Shown one piece after another: positions 32,301 to 47,300 of a stretch of DNA of 64,000 nt. Positions within the stretch are counted from its first letter, which is position 1. Each line of letters starts with the position of its first letter. This stretch comes from Tubiluchus corallicola (lineage: Eukaryota > Animalia > Priapulida), in assembly GCA_030141605.1 (NCBI GenBank), contig JAQGDQ010000521.1, positions 1 to 64,000 of the forward strand. Reading direction: 5' to 3'. The position numbers and the translations under genes are program-made. The notes under the pieces were generated by a model. That model searched no databases, was not told the origin of the DNA, and saw nothing but the letters and a program-made list of their open reading frames with translations.

Positions 32301-35300
32301 TCGGCTGGAAAATCGAAATTTGTAAGCTTATTTAGTTGAATGTATCGAAGTACTTTTCAAAACATTGTACGTAGACTGCAGAGTGCTTTAAAATTTCTAA
32401 TTATTTCATAAGTGAGTGTTCTGTTGTGCATTTGGTAAGACTTAGGATTGTATCAAGTTTGTTTTTTTTGCCTTTGTAACAAAAAATTTCTATAGCAAAT
32501 GCTTTTCTTTTTGAATAATAATTTTATTTTTTTCTAAACAGGGAGGATCTAAATGCTGGATTACAAGAGCAGATGCAGAAGTATGAAGAAGAGATAGCAA
32601 GTTTACGTGAAGAGGTACTTGCAGGCTTAAAATTCTTTATTGCATGCTTTTTTAAATATGGAAGATGCTGTTTAGTTTTTCTACCCATTTTTCCTTTCAG
32701 AAAATTAATATTTTGATGTTTCTTGTAATTTTGCTGAAGTATAAATAGAAGATGAATTTTTCTTGTTCAAATGTAATTTCTTGCTTACAAATTTGAAACC
32801 TAATAAGAACTACTGCATTGTTTGTTAACTGATTTTTGGATAATCAGTCACAAGTATAAACCAGTGTTTATTGTGCATTTAAGCTAATTGGTTAATTTTT
32901 GCATCGTACACATGAAGGAGATATGGTACTTTGCAGAGAGTGCGAGATCGAACATAGTCAGAACATAGTTGATTATTATTTTTTGTTTCAAAAGGTAACC
33001 GTTCACATACTTATTAACCGTTACCTTGACTGCACTTTCATCAATTTTAACGTTCAACTTTGTGAGTGGCACACTGAGCTATTACAGTTGGCAAAGTTGA
33101 ACACTTTCTATTATTTAATTTTGTTTACAGCTCAAGGAAAGGCAGTTCACTTATGATGTGGAGTTGCAAAACTTAAAAGCAGGACGAACAAACGAGTCTA
33201 AGTACGCTTCAATTTTTAGTCTGAAATTTGTCTTGATCTGATAAAATTTATCTTATTGACTTTGATCCGGATTCTTTTGTGCTTATAAACAAATAGCCAT
33301 ATAATATTTATAGTGCTACAACTGAATTTTACTTTCAAGGCTATAAGTGTATTACTATAATTATTCATTAGTCTATGCATCGCCAGCTCTGTTTGTTATT
33401 TCACTGTGAATTACTTTGGTTTGTGTCTGCCATACTTGCAGCCTAGCATTTGTTACCTGCTATTTTTATTGTGCAGGTATGATTCGCACGAAAATATTGA
33501 ATTAGTTCGCTTACAGAGAGAACTAAGGGAGAAGGGGAGTAAGCTGGTGCAGTTGGAAGCTCAGTATGCGAATTTAGAGGAGGTATGTTGACAATTAATT
33601 GTCAATTTCATTGTAATTCGGAATTTTTAGCGTATTTTGTAATAAGGTTGTTTTAATTATTTTTCAGTCTACTTTCAGTGTATACTTGTATTAGTATACA
33701 TTACAAAAAAAATATCTACTTTTTGTTAGGTTCATGTACCATCTGCCATACGCTCCATGAACCAGTGTACACAGACAACAGACATAGTTAAATACATTCT
33801 TGGCGGAGGGAAAACAGGAGACTTAAAAACATTTTTAAAAAAATAAGAGTTTAGCAATTACATTTAATTGGTATTTTTTTAAATTCCTGGAGCCGCATAC
33901 TGATTATGTAATGATTACATTATTTTTATAACTGTATGAGTTTTGTTACAGAGCTTTCGAGCAGCTAAAACAAGTCACGAAGCACTGCTATCTGAACTTA
34001 GTCAAGTGAATCAGAAGTTAAAAGAAGAAGAAGCAAAGTGCTTCCGACTGGAAAATAGACAAAAATCTGACGCGGGCATCGGGACAAAAATTAAAGAGGT
34101 TTGATTGACAGTTGATGAACAGGCTGTTAGCTCTTCTATTTTTGGATTTTTACTGACTGTTATGTGCATGCAGATTGTCGTACATTTTTTTCTATGGCCA
34201 TGTTTTTAATGTGCCAATAAGGGAGCAAGTTTAGTATTTACTTGTAGTTCGTAGCAAAATTTACAACTAGGCTTAAAAATTTTATTATTGAGTGCCCACT
34301 TAATTAAACACTTTTAGCTGATTTAAAATTTGTATTATTTTCTCCTTTTTTACTACTTTACAGAATTTGCAATTGTAATCTACTTTTAATTATTTATCTG
34401 TTATTGGTTTAATCAATAGATTTAAGAGAATTGTATACTGCTCATTGTATAAGGATTGCAAGATTTTACCAATTTGAAAGTTTTTCGTTCAATTGCTGGA
34501 CTTGGATATTCTAATTTTCTCTGCCAGTATAATAATTATGTTTTTCTGTGAGGTTCTATATGAAGATATGATTTACTGCTTTAAAAGTAACTCATTTCAG
34601 TGTTAGTGTTATTGCCAGTGTTATTGCCAGTTTTTCCGAGACGTGATCCTTTCATGTTTGTTTTAATTATCTATCTCTTATATTAATATTCTTGCTTTAT
34701 ATATAAGATTCGAGGCTGCAGCCCGGACGAGGGCACCATTTACGGCGATCTTATATCAAACGAAAGGTCTCGATCTAGTGTCGTCTCATTGATGGTTTAT
34801 TTTTCGAATCGGGCCCACCGGGAGGAAAGGGGGGCAAAAATTTAATTATTATTTTTATATTGATGTCTTTTTGCCAGAAAATGTTCTCATGTAATTTACC
34901 TGTTTCACCCAGCTAGAGGCACAGATATTTGATCTGAAAAGGGAGAATAAGATCTTGAGCGAGGCTAATGACAGACTGGTGAATAGTGCGTTCGATGTGG
35001 AGCGTGAACGCCAACACATTGCAAGAGAAAATGAGCTTAAATTGCAAATTGCACAGCTAGAAGCTACACTAAAGGCCGACCTATCTGAGAAGAATGCTGT
35101 GGTTGACAAGCTTGTCGGAGAAAGAGGTTATATTTGTAGATTTGTTACATATTAAATGTTTTTGTTTGTAATTTCTAAATTTCGGAAGTACTCATATATT
35201 ATTTACTATAATTACTATAATAACTGGTGACAAAAGTCTGTCCATTTTCTTCAAAACATAAGTATGTCGATAATTGTTTTAATATTTAAGTTTATTTATT

Positions 35301-38300
35301 CACAAAACCTGAAAAATATTGGAAATAAGTTGAAATAAAGAAACTGGCTCTTGTTGAAGGAATCTTGTTTTAATTAAAAATGGCAAATGATGCCAGTTTA
35401 TTGAAAAATTGTGACTTGTGAATGAAATAAGCTTATGTGATGATTTTCAGCAATCTCGATTTATGTATTTTTTAAGTAAATTTTAGTTATAATTGTATTA
35501 CTTTATAGATGAGTTAGAAGCAGCAAAAGCTGAACTGAGACAACTGCGAGTTCAACACTATACATTAAAAGAACAACATGATGAACTGAAAGAAAAACTT
35601 GGATTCTTTACTAAAGTTTGTTTTTCATCAGTTTTTTTTTGTAAATGATTAGGCTTCCGCAAATAGGTGATTATTCAAGGTGATGATAGGCAATGATAGG
35701 CTACTGTTTATGCTTGTGTTTTAGTTCTTGAATGCTGTAGCAGCTTCAATCAAGCCGCAAACATCATGTTGAGTAGGACCTGCCAGTGAATGCGGGATTC
35801 CGGCTTGCAATGTGCCAGAATGTATTAAGAAAGAAATAACTGCACTGTACTGAATTCCGCCATTCTATTCTACACTATCATTGTAGTAATTATGTGAAAA
35901 CTGTATTGCGCCATGAATATATTCACTTGTACTGTCACTTATACATTTATTTTTAGGATAGTGCAGTAGAATGGGGTGAACTAGAAGAAGCTCTTGTTTT
36001 GGTAAAGCAGAAGAAACAATCTGAACCACAGGAATTAGACTTCCTGGAGAAAATTAGGGAAGAAAAAGCAACAGGTAAAAATTAAGATGTATGCAGTAGC
36101 ATTTTAGAAAAACATGGCATTAAGCAAAACGTTGCTAAACGAAGCCATCGCTTTCATAAGCAATGATATGAAAGGACTGAGTTACGTTCCTGAAGGAAAG
36201 AAATCATCAGATAGCTTCTGTAGCTTATTGCTCTTTACCATATGTTCACCATTTAATAATTATGCACGTCTCTTTACTTAGCGTTTTGGCTTTGCTTTAA
36301 CCAGCTTCTTGCTGTAAAAGTAATTGTTCTGTGTAGCTGTTGCTCTTTAATGCCATGACCCGGCGGCACTGCTAATTAGATGTTCTGCCACAAAAAGTTA
36401 GTCCCAAAAATTCAGCCGTGATTCATTAATCGCTTTGATTTTTGAATACAGTTAATTGTTCACCTAATTCAAATGGCTACAGGATTATGCGATACATGTC
36501 TAATGTTCTAATATTGAGGGAAATGCCAACAATAGTTTTTTTAAAATGTGGGAACTTTAATTTTGATTAGCTGCAGCCTTTTTATAAAGAACAGAATTAT
36601 AGTGCATAAAGTAGTGAAAAAAAATTGTTGAAAAGAAATGCCCATCTTTAAGTGTGCAAAAAGGCGTCAAGTAGTCAGCAAGATTTCGCTAAACAGAGAG
36701 TCGTTAAGCCAGAACTTACTCTGTCTGGTCAGACTTCAAATTTGAACGTGAGAGTTTGAATTTCCGAGTTTTGCAAAGTGCTTTTGTAATGTGATATATG
36801 AGCAATACTGAATTTTGAGGCAAACTTTATGCGCTGTGTACGTAAGTTTGCTGACACTGGCATTTTAACCAGTTTTCTGTATGATGAGTCTCATAGTAAT
36901 ATTTTAGTGTTGTTTAAGTGTTTCATCTAGAAACAGGTAACTCGTGTTAACTTGTATTAACAATGGACCATGTATTTGGCAGATTTGAATAAAGTGATTA
37001 CTGAACTGCAAGCCGATCATGCAGAAACTGTGAACGAGTTAGAGAAGACGCGTAACATGCTACTAATCCAGCATAAAATCAATAGAGATTACCAGCAAGA
37101 GGTAGGTTTTAAGTCTTGTAGTGTGAACTAAACCGTGCTTTCACTCGGTCTTAGCCCGAGTTTTCACCCAGTTCAAACTCACTTTGCCCTTCAGGCTGTA
37201 CTACATCATATGAGAATGCAATCTGAAGTCATGCTCAGTATGAAAAATGTACCAGGACTTCTGTGGTGTTGATCTTTTGACCTCGGAAGTGACAGTTTCG
37301 TGTATGAGAATGAATCGTTATTGGGGAATTTCGATAAGATCAGAAATTGAAAAGAAAAATGGCCACGTATAATAACATAGTGAATTTAATGTGGATTCAC
37401 AATTTACTATGTTCCTATATGTGGCATTTTTTAGCTTTTCAGCTTCTGATAATAATAAGAATTATTGCTTAAAATTTCGTTATAAGACTTATAAAATTGG
37501 TCATGTTTGTCTGCAAGGTATACTTTTTATGAGGCATCCTTCAGCCTTCCTAACTATTGTGCACACATGCATACATCTGTGAGTTTAACTGCTGCATTTT
37601 GCATGAATGCAACTATGTGAATTAGGTATTGAAGGTATTGGCTAAAGCTAAACAAGCCATTTAAATAACTGTAACCACACGTAGTTAAATGTGTTCAATT
37701 TGCGTAGGTTATTAACACATCTAAGAAAATGGAAGACCAGAAGCATGAGTATGAACTTAAGCTACAGGAGTATGCTCAACTGTTGGATACGCGAGCTGCT
37801 AGAATTAAAGTGAGCGTTGTCTGACGAACATTTTTAACAAAGCTATCAGAACTGTGTCGAAAACGTTATGTTTTTAACTGATTTTTTACAAATCTAAAAA
37901 TTTCATTTTATTAAAATTCAGTGTCTTAGTGTTTTATTTTAAGACAGATTATTTAAAGTTCAGACGATTTGTTTACAGTTCAGAGATAAAATCTCTTCAT
38001 GATGTCAACTCATAAATGTTTTTGATTTGATATTCTATGAGTCCTAGTAACTGAGTTGTTTTTGTAAATGATGATAAGAAAATTCTCTAGCTGAGTAGAT
38101 TTTGTTTTGCTGTTGTTGTAGAAGCTGGAGAGGCAACTTCACGACATTGCGTATGGGACCCGTCCTGTGAATGTACAAGATATTGAACCGGTAAGCTTGG
38201 TTAAGGTGATGAGTGTCTGCTAATCTTTTTTTTTGGTAAATATTTTTTGTTGTATTGCATGAAAGTCGTTTCTTATTTTCTTTCTGATTGGCTGATTCCA

Positions 38301-41300
38301 TCAATGTGCTACAATGAATGTTTTTCTTCCTGTTAAAATAATGTCATATTACACATATCATTTGATGAAATCCTTGTAGCAAAGGCTTTTATGCTCAAAC
38401 TGTCCGTTCCTGTAGAAGACATGGTTTTTCTGGACTTGCATTTTATATTAGACCAAAAAATTGCATTTGGCTAACATAGGTGTTTGTTTGATTTTTTTAT
38501 TCCAGGTTGGTGAAGTGGAGGATATTGATGAGACTTTAGAACTTCATAGAGGGGAAAACTTGTTAGAAATACACATAACCAATGTAAGAATTAGCTCATA
38601 CGTGAAGTTTTTTTTTTCAGGAGAAATGGGTTATAAATGCCACTTGTCTAGTTAAAAATTAATGTGTGTTTGTATACTAGGCTGCTTTCACTCCAGAAGG
38701 ATTAAAAGCTATGGGTGATGGTGAACCGTCTACATTCCTCACATGGGAGTTCTACGATTTTGAGATGCAGTCAACACCTGTGCTAAAACACAACAGGTTT
38801 GACCACACTTTTTTTATAATTCATGGTTTATGTTTCTATATGACTAGTTCAACTATTGAAAACCATAAGGTTAGTGCTACAAATGTTTGCAAGGAAGACT
38901 AGACACAAAAATTTCTACCCGCATAAATTTCAGCTAACTGTGCCAAGTATATGCGTTAGTGATTAGCTTTTGAGAGACACTGTCTTTTTTTGTCACGTCT
39001 CCTCCCTAGGACTGAAACTACTGCTCGTAGTACAGTTTTGCCCACCCACTAGTATGACAGTAGGTGCTGATATAAATGTGTAGGCTCTTGTATAGACTGG
39101 TAAATGGGGACAGTATTATTATTAATAACATAGCGCATTTGTTGGTATTGTCGTGAAATGAATCTGTAATTTTCTAACAATCTTTAACATGCGTAATTCA
39201 CTTGGAATAGTGTGCAGAAATATCACTTCGCAAACAAGGCTTTTAGGTCAATTCACAAAAATTTAGCTTGCTGTTTTTTCTAGTTTACAGTTCTCCACAG
39301 TGTCACTGTATATTGCAAGCATTGTATAACTCTGATTTTTGCGGGTTTTTTTATGATGAAGTTTCACCTTTTCACAAAAGACAAAACACGAAACGAAAAG
39401 TGCTTTGTGCCTGTGTTCTTGCATATTATCGTGTAAAACTTGCATTATTTTCAATTTTGTTCACAAAGTTGGTACAAGTTTGGATTTGCTGGATATCTAG
39501 TAGATGAACCTGCATTTAGTGTTGCACTATTTTGTGTATTTTAAGCTGTTTTCAAACTGGAAAGTTTTCTGTCACAAGAATTCTGTCTGACAGCAAACTG
39601 GCTCATGCAAACGTCTTTGAGAGCTACTGTCGGCGAGAAATTGCACATTCCTTGACCGCTGCTTCGAGTTCATTACTAGTGTGAATGAATGTCTCTGTGG
39701 TTTATTGCCAGCAGATATCGACCGTCTCGCAGTGAATAGAAATGATATCTACAAGCTGCAGTAGTGACAAGCAACTTGCTTATGGTGATTTCTGTGTAGT
39801 CCGTGTACTGCTGCAATGTCTGTTGCGAAAATTGCTCCACTAGCTATTCGAGAATAACTTGCAGCAGATTTTGCTGTTTGCTTGAACCTGCGTGCAATTT
39901 TCATAGGCAGAAAATGCCAGTCTGAACGTGCCGTTATTTTGTGCGATTTTTATTTTTTGAGAAAAAATTGAATTGCGACAGACAAATATCAGAATAATGC
40001 ATTGTCCGATGTAATAATAAGTTAGAAAAGTTTTATCTAGTGGTTTCGAAATAAGTACTTTCTCAGTTAACTTGTATGATTCCAATTACTAGAGAACGAC
40101 TTTGGTCTATATATTGTTAATATTAGCCCTCATGGTGACCCAGCTCTGTGTTTGTCCATTTGAGCACTGGAGAGCTTTTCTCATTTAGTCAGAACATGAG
40201 GCAAGTCTGTTTTCTCAGATAATAGGTTCAACTTTAGCCGAAATGCATTCGAATTACAACTGTTGATGTGAACTGTTAATTTTTTTTTTATTTTCCATTA
40301 TTTTAGACCAGAGTATGACTTTACCTCACGCTATGTTGTCAAAGTCGACGATTTCTTTCTTGCCTACCTACAAAAGGTAATGATTTTGCACTTCTAATTC
40401 ATTTGTTGCAACTAATTGAAAATCGTATTCTCTGCACATTGTGTAAGTACCGCACTGGTTCTTGCTGCCATTGTTCATATATGTATCAAGTACAGTAGTC
40501 CCCACTTAATAAACTCACTTTGGAGTGGAAGTGTTTTGACTCATTTAAGTAACTGCTCTCTTAGCCGATGGGTGTAGTATTACTAGTATAGAAGTATGAA
40601 TAATCATACTTCAACTTAGTATGTACTACAACGGTGGTGAGAACTTAAAATGTTAGATCTTTATACTTCTGCTCTATGTTTCATAATTAACACTACGCTC
40701 TTAGTTGGTCTATAATGTTTGCACTTGTAACGTCGCATATAATACTGGCAGATCACTGCCGCTGGATCGCTGGTGTAACAGTAACAGTTAAGTGACTAAA
40801 CATACTGTGAAAAGCAGCAAGAGCTTCAAAAGGAAACTGCTAGGCAATTGATTAGAAGTTTAGCTGCCATAAATTCTTTAGCAACGTGGTCAATTTTGGA
40901 TTTTTTGAATAGGAGCGGCCCATGCCGGACATTTTTGAATCAATTAAGTATCTGATTCTACAAACCATGAGTTTAATTAATGGCACCTAATGTGTAAAAA
41001 TACTGCTTCATAAATTACTCACATAAGTTAGTAAAAAGAAACTTGTTTATCCTCTCTTTAGCATATTTGCTTGTAAGTTTATGGTTGTTTTATTTTACCA
41101 TTAAAACAATCAGGTAAGTTCAATATTGTATTGTGTACATACCATATACTTCTTCAGAGGCTCAGAGCAATATTATCTGTCTAATACATTATTAGTGTTA
41201 TATGGTTTGAATCTTAACAACGTAAATCGTTATGATGATGCCTTTTCAGATGTTTAGATTACTCATTGCACTCATGAAATATCTCACTTAACAGAAAAAT

Positions 41301-44300
41301 ATTCAAGTTTATTGTGTTTGTAGTTTAAAAATAAAAATAGAAGATAAGCGAAAAAGGGAAAATTTTCATAAAAATTGATGGCATTTGCAAACTTCTTGTG
41401 ATGCATAAAAATGTGACTACATGTACCAAGAAGAAGTTATTAGATGTGATGTCTCAAATATCCACTGTATGACCAAAATTTTCATAATAAATTTATTTAC
41501 ATTCGTGACACTTTTTGTTCGAAAGTAATTAATCTAAATTACAATTAGGCCAAGTTAAAAATATAATATATAATATAATTGTTTTCTTTTCCAGCTGTGT
41601 TTAACAAAAAAGGTTGAGAATTTGTTTATTAAGCAATTTTTTCCTTGCTGTTTAACATTTGCTGAAATTTACAAGCGTGCTTGATTAATGTCATTGCTTT
41701 TTTATTATCAGTATTAACATATTGTTGCGAATCTTACCACTTATAGGAGTCAGTTAAATTTGAATTACATCAAGCGTATGGGACTGATTACGTCACTGTC
41801 GCTGTTGGCAAAACTCAATTTGCAAAACTCATGGACAATTCTCAGAGTCGGATTCATGGATCTATTGTTCTTTTGGGTATTCTTTTTTTTTTGTATTCTA
41901 CATTGAAATTTCCTCAATTGTTATCATTCACACGCTAGTTAACTGTACTATATTCTACAAATAAATTGTTTTAGGTACCGGAGAAGGCGCAGAGGGTTTA
42001 AATTTTGGCACAGTCACTTACTGGGCCAGGTTGCGGGTACCAATGGATCAAGCACTAACACTGTACAAGGTAAATTACATTTTGTGCTTTAAAATGTTGT
42101 GAGCAAACGTGTGTAAGTGTTTGTTTTATTCGGGTTATAGTTGTAAAACTTGAAAGCTTAAATTTGAAACAGAACAACAAAAAAAAACAAAATTTGAAAT
42201 TGTTGAGTCTTTTATGCCACATCAGAGCATTGCAGCACGAAAAAGATTTTAGGATATAGGTACTATTCTGCATAAGCGCTCTTCATCATTTTCTTAAAAA
42301 ACTGATTTTTTCAAGTGACATTATTGTGTTGAATGTTAAACTACACGCTTGCTGAAGTAGTTTTAAGTAATCATAGCTTTGTGTTTGAGTTTTCTGGAAT
42401 TCTCTGATCTTTTTTTGTCAGACTAATGACTGCCAGTGATCGCTGTGTACCAGTCGATCTTGCTGTTAATATTTTTCAACTGAACTTAAGTCTGTGGTTA
42501 GTCACTTTTTAAGTACGATCAGACTTTTATTAATAAATTGTGCATTTTTCTTCACTTTTGCCTTCGTGTAGGAAAGGGTGAAAGCTTTAGGATACGTGAG
42601 TTCAAATGCTGCACAAGACACCAAGGCCATAACTCAGCCCGCTGGTGTGGATGTGGCCATTCCAACTGATAATATCAATGAGCTTCACATTTGCATACAG
42701 CGTTGTAGAAATCTCATACCAAGAAGAGAAGGTTTGTATTGGCTGTGTTTGTTACTTTAGGACTGGAGTGGAATAAATGGCTGGCTGTTGCAATGCGTGC
42801 TTGAGTGCAAAGTTAAGCAGTCCCGTTTCTGGTTACTAAATGGATAAGACATCAGGAAAGCAGCTTCTAAGTGGCTTAGTCTGCAACACTTTGTCCAATT
42901 ATTGCTGTCATTGAGGAAAGATACAGACCAAACTCTGAATAGTTAATGGCAGTGCCTTGAGACATGTTCAGTCCTCTTGCCTTAGGTTAAACTAGTAAGT
43001 TGTGCTTGTACAAAAAATAGTGCCATACAATACTGTACTTGCAAGATTGGAGCAGATAACTACATTTTAATGAATAATTCTCAGTCATTTCAATTGGTGT
43101 TCTTTTTAACCAAGCATTACATTATAAGTGAAATCAACATTAATTATTTTCTTAGGTGTTCAGCCATCAACTTATGTCGTCTACAAGTTCTATGACTTTG
43201 CTGACCATGATACGCTTATTATTCCGTCCAGTAACAACCCAGAGTTTAACGATCACATGACCTATCCTGTACCTGTCGACTGGGACCTAGATAGGTACCT
43301 TAAATCTCAGGTAATATTTTGTTAGATTTTAAAACTATTATAGGATGTAACTTGTATGTTCAAGCCTATGCTAAATTAAGAGTTTTGCAGTATTGCAGTA
43401 ATATGTTTTAATACTGTTGTGTAACATGTATAAGATTATTCAACATTTATCAATGTTTCAAGGTGTTTGCTGTCCTTCAGGAGTCTGTGTCAACTTTATT
43501 TCATTCTGAAATGTTCATTTATTTTAAAATAAGCATCCAAAATATGTGCTTTTTAAAGTAGAAGGAAGAAGATTTATAAAAAACACTTTGAACTTTTTCT
43601 TCTTTACTCCTAATTTATATACAACTGTGTATACAATGTGATAGATATAATATCCGAGTCTGGTTGTTAACGCATTCAGTAATGTTATTTTCGAGTGATA
43701 ATCAGTTAAATATTTTATAAGTGTCTACAACATAAGTTAATATATAAAATAGGCTAAATACACTTAAAAGTAATAAAACTGGTAATTCTAAAACACTTAT
43801 GTACTCATAAGTGATTCAAACTTGCTGTATTTTTTATGTGTTAGTGTCCCTAGCTGTATTATATGACGTGTATAACTAATGTTACACACCCTTATAAAAC
43901 ACTTAATTCATTTTTTTTAGTTAAAATGATATTGTTGAGTCGAATACTATTAAAACGTACATTTTATTAATTAGAGATAAATAATATTATGTAAAGGAAC
44001 AATCTAAACTGTTGATTTAACTCCTGACCAGGTTCTTAGGTAGATCATCACAAACTTTTGTTAGCGCAACAACACACAAATACATAATGTATTTTACAAC
44101 GAGGCGTATATGTAGAGTGTGACCGGAGGATGTGCCTACGAATTCTCAGTTCATTAACTCCACAGAAATTAAAACCAAACCAAACATTTTCTAAGGTGTG
44201 AGCATAAAGTCATACCTATTGGTTTTATGCATTTTTCTAAAGATTTTGCCTCATCCTGTTCATTACAAACGATATTTTAACTCCTACTAACTCTGAGTGC

Positions 44301-47300
44301 ACGTGATTTGCACTAGGTCAAAATTGTCAACAATTTGCTAATGAGTAGTTAATAAAGTTTATTTGTGGGCTTGACGATGTTTGGTTATATTAGTTGTGCA
44401 GTGTATATGATAATTTTATGATAAATAAAATGCAACTCATTCATACATTCATGCACTTGTGCAATGATAGGTTTACTGCTGAGCTGAAGACTGTATTGAA
44501 ACTTATATATTTTTTGTGTAAACATTTGTATTGATTATTATTGTTTGATGTTTGGTAGGCATTGAAATTATACGTGTTTGATGATACCGATCCTGAACAA
44601 ACTTGTTACCTGGGCATAGCCAACATTCCACTGATTTCACTGTCACATGACAAGGCCATTAAAGGAACATTTGAACTGAAAAGGGTATAACTTTCAGCAT
44701 TATTTTTGTGGTGTTCTGGTAATTGGACATATTAATTGAGTTATATGAGGTTCATTTTAGAGTGTTTTCAAGAGAGCTTGTGTGGGTTCGATTCCTTGGT
44801 AAGGTCAAGTCAAGTTTTACGCTTGGTATCTGCTCCATTCTGCCAAGCATGTAGATTACAGAGTAAATTTTAAAATAAATCTGCCTGTTCAGAATCTCAT
44901 TTTTGATTTTTTTATAATGAGCCATGTTTTATTGCAACTATTGATAGAACGATATAACTAGGCCGTATTGTTGAATGCTAGATAGCGGCTTACAGCGTGC
45001 CAAAATCTATATTAAAAATCCCTGCTTTATTGAATGCTGTATTTTAACTGATTGAGCTATTCATTCAAATTTTTGCCCATCAAAAAAAGTTGATTTTTTT
45101 TAATATCTGGCAGCAAATTGTCCTTAACTCATACAATCTTAGAAATGAAATTTGAAATAACTGCAAACATCTTGTTCTACTCTAGCAAACAACTTTTTGC
45201 TGAATGTTTTGTCACAGTCAATTATAAAGTTTTCAATTAACACTTTTAATCACAACAGATGGATGGTCAAGTGACTGGAGTTGTGGAGGTTTTGTTAGCT
45301 TGGAAATTTACTTATATTCCACCCCGAGCTTCTACTCATACTGCTCAACAGGTAGGATTCAATATTATGTGCTTTCTTTTGATATAATAAGCACTTGCGT
45401 TGTTTCCACATTACAATTTATGTGTAGCAAACTGACAAATTATTATGTTTATGTAGCTGTTTAGCTTAATACATGTTTATTTCTTAGCTTATTTGCTTAA
45501 GCTGTTATTATTGTACTTTATTGATCATTTTGTAGCTGAAGTGAAAAAGAACGTAGCTCTAGTCTTTAAATGTTTGTTATTTAACTTCTGTTTTTTTAGT
45601 TTCGCTTCCTCATAGTGATATTTCTATATCTATACATATTACCGTATATACTCGCATATAAGCCTACATCGCATATAAGCCGACCCCCTAAATCTGCTTT
45701 AAAATGGCCAGTTTTTGCAAAAACCCGTATATAAGCCGACCATCAACTTTCTTGCTGCCTCCAGGTTGCTTGTTTCTTCAGCGGCCTTTATCACTTTTAG
45801 CTTGAAGTCAGCAGTATAGGACATACGTTTTCTTTTTTCTCCAGGCATGGTGTATTGCACAAATAAACACGTGCTCACGTTTGCCTCAGTTTGCCTCATT
45901 GGTTTGCTGTTCCTCTATAAGCCACGTGACCCTCGTCTCCCCACGCGCTGCCTACCAATTGGCTGATGACGTCGGCTTCACCACTAGCTGTAGCTTGGTT
46001 ACGGCTCGCAACTGGTGACACACAGTGGTGTATTGCTAAATAAAAAGTAGGTGGACGGCTAGTGTCTGTCCTTGTGTTCATTTTGTTTCATGCGCATATA
46101 AGCCGACCCCCTGATTTCAGTATTGTATTTTATAGTTCTAAATTCGGCTTATATGCGAGTATATACGGTAAGTTTCAACTGAAATTTTTTTAATCAATTT
46201 TTCGTCCATATCTACGGATGGTCAACCTAGGGAAAAATAAACTGTAAATTAACTTTTTCTTCGTGTGAGTTTCAGTGAGTGTTTGCATGCCCTTTCAATC
46301 TCCTTATTTGACTGAATGTAGTTTCCTGTTTTGCTATGATTTTGGATTGCAAGTCTAACTTAATCCATTATAGTATTAATCTTAATGTGTGGTTGGGATA
46401 TAGTCTAACGGTTTTGAGCATGCTTTGCTTGGATGGCTAGGTTTGATATTCGCTCTACACATTTGATACTCAATATATCTTTGTTAAGTAGTCGGCTACA
46501 AATATTGTGCTGAGTAAGCAGTCTCACGTATTGTCATTTATAGACTAATAAAAAAGGCATTTGCTTGCTTTGTAATTTAGCTGAAACAACTGCCACAAAA
46601 CCCTATTGTATTATTCAGTAATGCTAGTTTGGTGAACCAATAAATTTTCAGTAGAAAGTCATACTGGCACTAATTAACTGAATAATTACAGATTCGCTCT
46701 TCTTCACCAGAAAAGCCAATGTCTCTTCATCCTGCAATGCCAGCCATGCCAGCATCAGGAGCCACTGTTGCTGATTCAGACATTCTTCATGCCAAGATCA
46801 CTGTAGCAATGTCAGCCGAGATACCTGAAGGTCAGCCAGCTTCTGTTACAGCTGCAGCAAAAACGCATTCTACTGAGGCACCAGCTACTACAACTGCAGC
46901 AGTCATTCAGCGTAGCAAATCTCCAACCAGCACAGCAGCAGAAAAGGTTCGTGGCAGGGAATCTCCATTTTCCGTATCTGAGACGGTTCGTCTTCGTGAA
47001 TTGCAACTCGCTGCTGACACAAAAGCTTTAGATATACATCCAACTGAACCTACAGCAGCACCCGTGCCAGAGATGCAGCCTGATATGATAGCTGCGACAG
47101 AGCCAGCAGCTCATTCTCTGCTAGAACCGGTATCTACAATTGCTGATAGTCTCCTGCCTCTCCATGCTAGCACTCCGGAAAGAAAACCTCCACCAGCGCC
47201 AAAGCCTCGTGAAAGAGATAAGGTATTCGATAACTTTCACTTGTTTGTAAGCATTTTTATATTGCATGTAGCTGTAATTCTAGAATATGTTTTACGGTTG

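Noticed and set aside
44781-44800. GGTTCGATTCC B-box suggesting a tRNA
   Set aside because: No A-box or cloverleaf; at most a SINE relic.
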